Notes under the pieces: model-generated
Databases searched by the model: none
What the model saw: the letters and a program-made list of their open reading frames with translations, nothing else
Told to the model about the DNA's origin: nothing
DNA from: Chrysomallon squamiferum
Lineage: Eukaryota > Animalia > Mollusca
Direction: 5' to 3'
DNA length: 64,000 bases
NCBI GenBank assembly: GCA_012295275.1
Contig: CM022669.1
Span: forward strand, 4,774,001-4,838,000
Position numbers and translations under genes: made by a program
Shown here: piece by piece, positions 54,337 to 64,000 of the stretch
Numbering within the stretch: position 1 is the first letter of the stretch
Layout: each line of letters begins with the position of its first letter

Positions 54337-57185
54337 CTGAAAAACAGAAACCACAGCAGCATTAACAACAACTACAACAACAACGATGATAATAAATATA
54401 TTAGTGATAATAATAAAAAATTAAAAAAAATTATAATAACAATAATGATAATGACAGTAGCTAAAAAAATTAATAACAATAACATTAATAATAATAATGT
54501 TAACAATTTTGAAAAGTCATGTAATGAGAATGATGAATAATACTTTTTAAAAAAAGCCCCAAAAACTACATGCAAAATACCAAAAACACCCAGACATTAT
54601 GAAGCAAAAATATCACGGACAAACACTGGTACACACAAACCTTAAGAGAGTTAATGAAAACTACTGATTGCCTGAGAGAGAGAGACAAAAAAAATGGAAA
54701 GAGCTGAGAAGATTCGATCTTGTGACCTGCCACTCATCAGACGATAAGCTTAACCAATGAGCTACTGTCTACTTTGAAGATTGGACAAGGAAAGTCTGAA
54801 TGATAAGCAGTGATTTCTTTAGAGTGCTAGAACTCTGAGTCAGGGAGTAGACTAATAAAAGTTAATAACACAGAAACCAAACATCAAAGTTAAAGGGTTT
54901 CAGACTCAAAGAAAGAGACTTAGTTCAGTCACCGAGGACATCAGCATCAAACCCAGGATTTCAGACACTTTGAGGTAGTCAGATGTAGCATTCAGATTTA
55001 AATGAGTTTAAAGCAAAGTAATTAAAAAAAAAAAACTTCAAAAAAAAGTCACATGTTATCAAAATAATCAAGAGTTTAAAACAAAATAATTTTAAAAATT
55101 TAAAAAAACCTCACTAGTTATCAAAATAACCAAGAGGCAAAAACTAATAATAACTTTAAAAGAAACCTAAACCATCATCATAATATTATTATATTGCTGT
55201 TTTTAGCAGAAATGTACAAATACGGAGTAATATAAATATATCTCTATTTTAAAATATTTACTCTGTCACTTCTCTACACTCAATGGGTTAAAAAAAATAA
55301 TAATAATAAAAAAAATTATAAATTATTTACGTATCATTGCAGAAAAATACCAGTCAAAACAAATTTATCTAACACTACTTCTATGTCTTCAAGTGTCATC
55401 CTACAGTTTCAATGACAGTCTTTACAGTTTTTATTTTATCTTTTTTGTTTGTTATAATACAGAAATAACTTAAAAAAAAATATTTAAAAAAAATGTTTTA
55501 ATGCCTTTCAATATTAAGATAAAAAGAAACTCATGTTCATTGTTAAGAAGAATCTGTTATGGATTTTTCAGTTTCAGTAATAATTTGTATAAAAAAAAAA
55601 AATTTCTTTTTGTTTCTTTTTTTTTTATTATTATTATTATTATTATACTTGTAGAAATGTATTTTTTAAATTTTTATTGCCATTCTCAATGCTGAAATTA
55701 AAATAAATGTTTCTTATGCCAGATAAATTTTATTTTAAAGTAATAAAAACAACTAAAAATTATTTAAAAAGTAAAAAAAAAAATAAACAGTACAACAACA
55801 AAAAACAAACACAAAACAAGAAACAAATCCAAATATAAAAAAAAATATAAAAAATAATAATAATAACTAAATGAATAAATAAATAAATAAATAAATAAAT
55901 ACAACAGAAAAACAGCAGCTCCCAATCAATATAAATTACAGGTTATGCTACACCTGTAACAATTGTTTGCATGTCGCTGCACACTCAATACACTACATGA
56001 ACTGAAACCTTTCACTGCTATTAACCTTGCTTCTCAAGCAGACTTTCTTTCTCAAGTTTTATTTGATTTCAGACCACACAAAGCTTCAGTGTTCACATGG
56101 GCTGCTATTTATTAACTCCTTAACAAAGAACATCTAAGTAATTAAACTGTACAGCGTTTTCTGTTTTATAATGACACTAGTAAAACTGGGATGGGGTGCA
56201 AGGTAACATAACAATACCCTATCCTCTGACATGGACATATAATTATGTATGTAAAGATATATATATATATATATAGGATGGTCTTCCATTTGAAACATTT
56301 AAACAGAATTTCTGATAAAATGATATATTCTTTCTCTCAAAAATATATATATTCATCTACATTCTTTTGCAGAAATCATATATATAAAGAACAAAAAGGT
56401 ATATGAATATGTATATATATACTTTGGTATGTGTATGTGTATATATATTGTCTCTCCCTGTTGATTGGTTTATTCTTTTCTTTGTCACTTCCAGATACTT
56501 GTGTATTAAAAAATGTTTATAAAGCTGCAGCTTTCTCTAGCAATTGTCATAAACTGCTCTGACATACCAGCTAGAGCTTGCTCTAACAACAGAACTCTAG
56601 TTTGCTCTAACAACAGAACTCTAACCTGCTCTGCTGTAAGGTGTTAGAGCTTGCCCTGTTACAGTCACTGAGATACAGGGTTCTAATAACTTTAACCTGC
56701 TCAAACCAGTGCCAGCAATCTGCTACACAACCAAATGAGATTCAGCACCTTTAGGCTCACACTGCCATCAGTTAGATATTGACCAAGCCCAGCAGAACAA
56801 ACAACAAATTACTGACTGTTTATCTGACAGAATAACTCATCTTTTTGCCAAAACCACAGCACTCTGTGACCGCAGACAACAATGACGGCAGTGGGATGAA
56901 GTAGTTGACGACGATGAGGTGTGATATACGTGCAGTATGCGACACGGCAGTGGTTTGTAACATGCTACGACTGTGGCTGGCCAAGATCAATAGGATTATC
57001 ATCAACTCCATAAATAGTGTATGATTGCAATCAATGAAGCCAGCTAACCAGTAATGAGACTGGGCTGTGTGTCGTGTCAACTGTTTATAGTCGCTGCCAG
57101 GTTTGTCCCTGGTTGTGAGGTGTGACACTTTATGTGGGTGTGGATGCCTGTGTGTATATACATGTGTGTGTGTGTGTGTGCATGA

Positions 57186-57246
<61 letters not shown>

Positions 57247-57549
57247 AATGTGGGTGTGTGTGTTATGTGTATGATTGCATGTGTGTGTTTGTTATGTGTG
57301 TTTGTTATGTGTGTGCATGTGTTATGTGTGTATGTGTGTGTATGTGTGTGCATGTGTGTGTGTGTTTGGAGTGTGACTGCATATATGTGTTTGTGGTTCT
57401 TTGGTATGTATGTATGTATGTATGTATATGAGTGCACATGTGTTTATTTATATGTATAGTATGGAATATGTGTATGTGTGTTTTGTGAATAACTATAGAT
57501 AAATGTATGTGCAAGTATGTATGTGTGATATGGTGTATGACTGTATGGC

Positions 57550-57628
<79 letters not shown>

Positions 57629-57833
57629 ATGTATGTGTCTGTAAATATATGCAAGCATCAGGAAATGAGTAATTTAGAACAGGATATCTGTTATTTGTAT
57701 TGTAACAAAGGCTGCATGGTTCATGTCAGTATGTACAAGTGTATGTGTGTGTGTCAGTTTTTAATGTGTGTTTGTTTCTGCCTATTATCTCTGTTTACAT
57801 TTGTGTATATCACCATTTATGTGTGTGTGTGTC

Positions 57834-57922
<89 letters not shown>

Positions 57923-59303
57923 ATGTTATAAGTAGAAATGTTGGACTTGTTCCTTGTATCAAGATGAGCACTGCCAACAAAATTTATAAAAGGTTAAATA
58001 AACTTTTAAAGGATTCTGATTGGTGTCCACTACACCAATCAAATGTTAAATGAATTATGTCAGTTTCACAATGTTTAGTTATAAAAAGTAGAAAAAATAA
58101 CACACACAAAACAGCAGTTAAACAAGCTATCAGCTGTTTGAAAGTGGCACTTCTAGCCGTGTATAAAAAACATTAAATTAGTTTATATTCAAAGAGAAGT
58201 AACTCTTCGTGTAATGACTTCCCATAGAAAAAAAATAAAAGGGAAAGAATAATGTGTAAAACAGAAGTTGTACAAAATTATATACATAGACTGAGTCTTA
58301 AAGAAAAGGTGAAAAAATAAATGTTTTTTTAAATATTAATAGAACTATTGCAATATCCACAAACCCAGAGTTATTTTCCCCTGCCCACTGTTGCTGGTAA
58401 ATAAACTATTGGCAAATCTTCTGTATCAGTCAGGGTAAAAAAGTTTTTTTGTTTCTTTATTTATGAAATTCTGTGAATAATGTAATATTGTATGTTTACC
58501 AAAAAAAACAATGGAAAAAGAAATTTATGGCCTCTTCTATTTATTTTTTTATATTAAACGTTAGTATAAGAAAAATGTGATATTAGTTAGAAATCTGTGT
58601 GTCCAAAATTCCACCCATTTCAGTTTGGTAATAATAGCTGTTTAAAACATTTTAAAACATTTGTAGTTTTATAAATTACAATAGCAACACAAATAATACT
58701 GACAACACAAGATCTGTAAGCAAAGAACAACAACTACTCCAACAACAACATTAAAACGATGCTGTTACTCTACTATTTGTATTGTTACTTCTACTGTTTT
58801 ACTATTTTTATTGCTATTTATTAGTTACTACTACTTCTGTACTATCTGTACTTCTTATACTGCTATTACTGCTTTATCTCTTCTATTATTTATTACTACT
58901 ACTACTTCTACTACTGCTGCTGCTTCTTCTACAACTACTACTACAATTTTAATACTTTATAATTTTACTTCAATTTTATAATTTTAAAAAACTAGAACTA
59001 TTTCTGTTGTTATTACTATTATTATTACGACTATCATTACTGTACTATTTCTATTATTATTATTATTATAACTACTACTACTAAACCAATATTGCTACAA
59101 CTACTGCTACAGCAGACATCAACTAAACAAGCAGCCACTAACAAACAACAATAAACAACAACAAAAATAACACCATCAACACCAACACCAAGAACAAACA
59201 AAGAGTAAAAACAATGACAACAACAACAGTAATAACGTCAGGTACGAAAGAGAAAAATTAAAGTGGCGAGTCCCTACTTGTGTAAAATTGAAGCGACACT
59301 CAC

Positions 59304-59386
59304 CTCTTGACTCATGATTGAGTTGAGCACGGACAGTTTGTTCTGTAACTCAGCTGCCTCGGATTCGGGCAGATCTGCAACGACAT
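59304..59386 (-). CDS. unc-13: unc-13 internal exon following C2A (D[VVAD]LPESEAAELQNKLSVLNSIMSQE); second in-frame acceptor at 59374
   Basis: Acceptor cttcag|ATGTCG (or ttgcag|ATCTG 12 nt downstream), donor GAG|GTGAGT, phase 1 to 0, fits the upstream exon. Resembles the recalled Munc13 post-C2A helix DIPEEEARYWAKKLEQLNA. Confidence 0.88.
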
Positions 59387-61362
59387 CTGAAGTCAGTGGA
59401 ATAAAACGCCATTAGAACTCAGGTGAAAAAAACAAACAACAACAACAATCACATTCATTTATTAATTCCTTACAGACACCTCCATGATTTCATTTTTTTT
59501 TTTTTTACATATCACAGATTGTTTTTGTTTTTTTTAATTTGCTTTTGTTTTAATAGCTGGAAGAAAAACAAATTATTATTTAGGTAGTTTAAAAAAAAAT
59601 AAATAAAATAAAAATAATAATAATAATAACAAAACTGAAAAAAAATTAAAAATGAAAATTAAGAAATTAAATAAATTTTAGAAAATGAGTCATAATCATT
59701 TAATTATTTTAAAATGTTTAAAAAGATATTGTGCTAATTTCTTTTTATTTGAATAAAATGAAAAATGAAAAAAAAAATAAAAAAAAGAAAGAAAGAAAGA
59801 AAAAAAAAAATTACTTTCATTTATTTATTTCAAAATTTCTTAAAGACACAAAGTGATACTAAATTTAAAAAAAGCTAAATACAAAAAAAAAAGATCAAAG
59901 GCAAAGAAAAATAGTTAAGTAAATTTAGAACTGGGGTTTAAAATATAAGAAAATATTAAAAAAAAAAAATTAAATGAATAAATTTAAAAACATGCCATGT
60001 ACATTTAAAGCATCTGATGTCCCAATTTCAGTTAATTTAGCAACAGCAAAAAAACCCCAAAAATTATAAAAAACATGTACACTTCCATGACAGTACTTTA
60101 CATGTATTAACTGTTTTTATCAAATTATTCATAATGTTGTAATCTGTATATGACTTTCAAAGATTTTTATCAAAATAATTGCCTAAAAACAATATATTTT
60201 TATTTATATATATTTTTTTGATAATAACTAAGAATTTTTATAACTTTTACTTAAACTATATCAAACATGTTTTTTTAAGATGCACTGTAAAATGGAAATT
60301 AGAGTATGTGTAATTTTCAGTTAATGACAGAACTCTTTGAACCTGTCAAAGACAAAACATAATACCCAGAATTCTATACAAAATGCTAAATGTTTAATTT
60401 TTTTTAAAAATAAAAAATGGAACTGTCAGTGGATTGGACAGCTGTTAGAATTGAGATTATAATAAAAAATATATTAAATAAAGAATTTCAACTAAAATAA
60501 TTAATATAGACCAAAACTTTAAAACTACAAAAAAGTAAGAAAAAAATAATAAAAAAAAAAAAAAAAAGGAATGAAGGATGAAAAAAGAATAAGAAAAAAA
60601 AGGAGGGGAATAAAGAAAATCTAGAAATAACAAGGAAACTGAAAAAAAAGAAATTTCAAAACTGAAAAAATACTCAAGCAGTCTTATTTTTTTAAATACA
60701 ACGAATAAAACTGCTTTATCAAATAAAAAAAATTAATCTTTTTATCAAACAGATGTGACAAAATTCAAAATAAATTTTTAATACTTTAATTTTACTTTTT
60801 AAGATGTGACAATAATTTTTAAAATAAAATAACATACCTATTCGGTTGAGAAAAATAACAACGAACATTTGACAAAATATGCGCCAACAGACTGCTGATT
60901 GGAAAATCATTTAAATGAAATAATAATAATAAAAAGTTCAAAATAAAAACTATGAAACATGTTTTGTTATTCTTAAATAACTGAATAGAAAGAAAAAGCT
61001 ATTATAAAAACCATCAACGCAAAAAATAAATAAAACTAAAATAAAAAATTAAATAAATAGAAATTAACATAAAAACATAAACATAATTAAACAAAAACAT
61101 CAATAAAGAAAAATAATAATAATAAAATAATAAATATAAATATAAAAAAACCATAAGTAAATATTAAAGATAAAAAAATTAATAAAATAAAATAATTAAA
61201 ACTAAACAAACCCAAGAAGATTCAGTAATAACTGAAATAATCAAATAAATATTTACTGAACACACCACATAACTAACTAATAATTACACAGTATTTAATT
61301 AAATATGCTTAATAATCTATTTCAAACTCAATAAACTATACACAAACAATTGAATAAATAAA

Positions 61363-61415
<53 letters not shown>

Positions 61416-61580
61416 CTCATCAACACCATAATAATCATCATAAATCAGAAAAAAAAAAGTTTAAATGTTTTAGTATATAACAAAATTATATTTATGCTGT
61501 TAGTTACTTTAAAACATCACATTTAAAATATAATATTATAAACAAGGTCATATTTTCCTTTTTTATACTCCAAAATGCAA

Positions 61581-61612
<32 letters not shown>

Positions 61613-62872
61613 TAATAAAAAATTTAATCAATCTGTATAAATCTCAGAAAATAGCATTTTTGCATATTTACCAGATATATTACATTTTTGTTTTATCTTT
61701 CTATATATAAAATGAATCCATGAAAAATGGCAACATGTCAGACATCACACATCTTGAACATATTCTTATCTTATTGGAATACTTTATTATTAACAAAGAT
61801 TAATTGCCATAAAACAAGTCATGTAAAAGTAACTAAAAACATACTTTTAATACCTTCAATATTCTCAATTTTAAAATTGATAAATTCTTAAAAAAAGTAA
61901 TAAATAAATAAAAATAACTGTACCAAAGTCAACATATTATAATTTTTTTCACAAAAGGCCCAACAAAGGCTAACATTAATATGTGTATCAAATCTATTAA
62001 TCTGAATTAACTGTTTATAAATAAGGCCCATTAGTAGGCTAAGAAATAATTTAATTAAAATTAATAAAACTATCTAAATAACTAAATACTCTTTACTCTT
62101 TTATTTAATAACAATTCATGGTTTGTGTTGTCTTGTGGGAAAGTGCATTTCAAATTATCCATAGCAACAGTATAATAATGATTATCTATAAGTCTACTAA
62201 CATCAATCAATAAATTATAATAATTAATGGGCCAAGAAAGGCCAACCAGAACCACATTTAGTTAAGAAAAAAAAAAAAATAAGAAAAAATTAAAACTAAA
62301 CTAATATTCACAGTACACCATAAAGAGAATTGTGAAACAGGTAAAGAAATGTAAAATATTTTAATAATAAACAAGACTCACAATATTTTACATTTTTATT
62401 TATTTTTTATCTGAAACATATTTATTTCCTTCTTCCTCAGCTGTAGACTTTTAGGCTTAATTTAATTTTAAAAAAGGGTAAAAACAAAATTAATAAAAAA
62501 TATAAAAATAAAAATTAACAATACTTTTTTTTTAAATTATTGTAAATATAATTAATAAAATCTTTTACCCTCCTGGTGTTTTTATATTATTATTATTATT
62601 ATTTTCATCATAATATGTTATTATCAGTATAATTATTATTACTGTTATGAATCTTATTATCATTATTATTATTAATTAATTAATTAATAAAAAAAAATCT
62701 ATACCAGTTCTTGTTCGAACTGAAACTTACACTCTAATACATAAACCGTTTACAATTTAATCAGACAACCTGATGTTCACATTCATATTTTTTGTTTCAC
62801 TGTGTTTAACAGCCTGAGTCTTGTTCTACAGATTCTAGCACACTACAGAAAACACAAAACAGTCGTACTAAC

Positions 62873-62996
62873 CATATGGAAGTTCGAAGCGTGCATCTAT
62901 GAGAATTTTATGACCTGTCGGCAGTCGAGTCCCAATTATCTCCCCATTCTGGACAATCAGCTCACTCTCCAGCATCAACCAGCGACCTTCACCTTC
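62873..62996 (-). CDS. unc-13: unc-13 internal exon, C-terminal part of C2A domain (EGEGRWLMLESELIVQNGEIIGTRLPTGHKILIDARFELPY+G)
   Basis: Acceptor tttcag|GAAGGT, donor TATG|GTTAGT, 124 nt, phase 0 to 1, open frame. The peptide matches the recalled end of Munc13 C2A (EGPGEWLTLD...GTKDPTFHRILLDTRFELP). Not in the ORF track because it is too short. Confidence 0.93.
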
Positions 62997-64000
62997 CTGA
63001 AACATTTTAATTTAAACAACCTTGACATTCTGAAAATAGCTAATTAAACTATGACCTTCACCGTGACACATATGAATTCAAATTAAGTGACTTTCACCTT
63101 CCTGAAATAACTCGATATTTAAATTAAGTGACCTTCACCTTTTTTTTTTTTTTTTTTTAAATAGTTGCAAAAATATTAAAAATATAAAAAAAGTTAAAAA
63201 AAGCAAATAAAAATAAATAAAATTACTTCAAGCATTTTAAAACTACCATTCTTTATGTTTCTGCAAAATATAATCTAGACAGTAGATAAAAAAAATATAA
63301 ATAAATAAACAAATTATTTAAAAAAAAAAAAAAAAAAAAAAAATTAAATTTCTTTTTTAAATAACAGAACTCAATCAGTGGACATAAATCATACAAAAAG
63401 CTAATTATATTCTGCAGACAAAAAAATGTATCATCAGTCCTCACTGACAAAAACCAGAAGGTGTGGTGAGGACAAACATTTTAATATACTTCATCTGCTA
63501 CCATCGCATACTGTTTAGCATTTATCAAGAGACCAACATTTGCTAATGACAGAGATGAAAAACAATGAAGTTTTTCTGTCCCACTGGCAGGAACACAGCT
63601 AATAAATATTGAAAATAATATATTTCTTTTTGCCCTTATGTCAGTGCTTATTTTCTTTTCTCCCACAGGAACGTGTATCATATATAAACATGCAAATGAA
63701 ATCTTGGTAAGCTGGTGCATTTGGCAAATTTGTTAATAAATAATTTCTGCTTGTTTACATTCATTACCAGTGAAATGAATTATTGCCAAAGTAGTGAAGA
63801 AGCTGGCATCAACCATATTTCTTAAAAGATTTGTTATATTGGGTTTTCACAATACTGTGCTACTTTGTTATTAGGAAAGACTGGCCACCAGCAATAATTA
63901 AAACATGGAAGCATGCAAAATACATTCAGTTACTTCACTGTGCTATTACTACAGATACACTTTAGACATAAATGTATTTAGCAGTCTGTATAAATGAAAA

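Overview
Eukaryotic (animal) genomic DNA that is very AT-rich, CpG-poor and full of microsatellites, so most entries in the ORF track are simple-repeat artefacts. The window lies inside the 5' half of one large minus-strand gene, an unc-13/Munc13 synaptic-vesicle priming factor. Eight phase-compatible exons can be chained by eye. They run from the end of the C2A domain (62873-62996) through the [16 protein letters not shown] linker and the calmodulin-binding helix (RWLEAYDKVLNQL) to the conserved IDSMPEIKPRRKSIPLVSDL exon (3900-3990). The start of C2A lies beyond 64000; C1/C2B/MUN/C2C lie below position 1. The main result is a set of nested, ATG-initiated alternative first coding exons in the introns (13783-14301, 25738-26319, and more tentatively 44844-44940), each ending in a donor of exactly the phase needed to join the shared exons. 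This suggests a multi-promoter locus with 3-4 interchangeable N-termini, including a predicted myristoylated one carrying PP1 (RVxF) and PP2A-B56 (LxxIxE) docking motifs. Also present: a Tc1/mariner-type MITE, a long intronic inverted repeat, decayed tRNA-SINE-like copies, several minisatellites and a probable consensus error (in-frame TGA) in one exon. An invertebrate, possibly molluscan, origin is my impression only. All homology statements are from memory; no searches were run.
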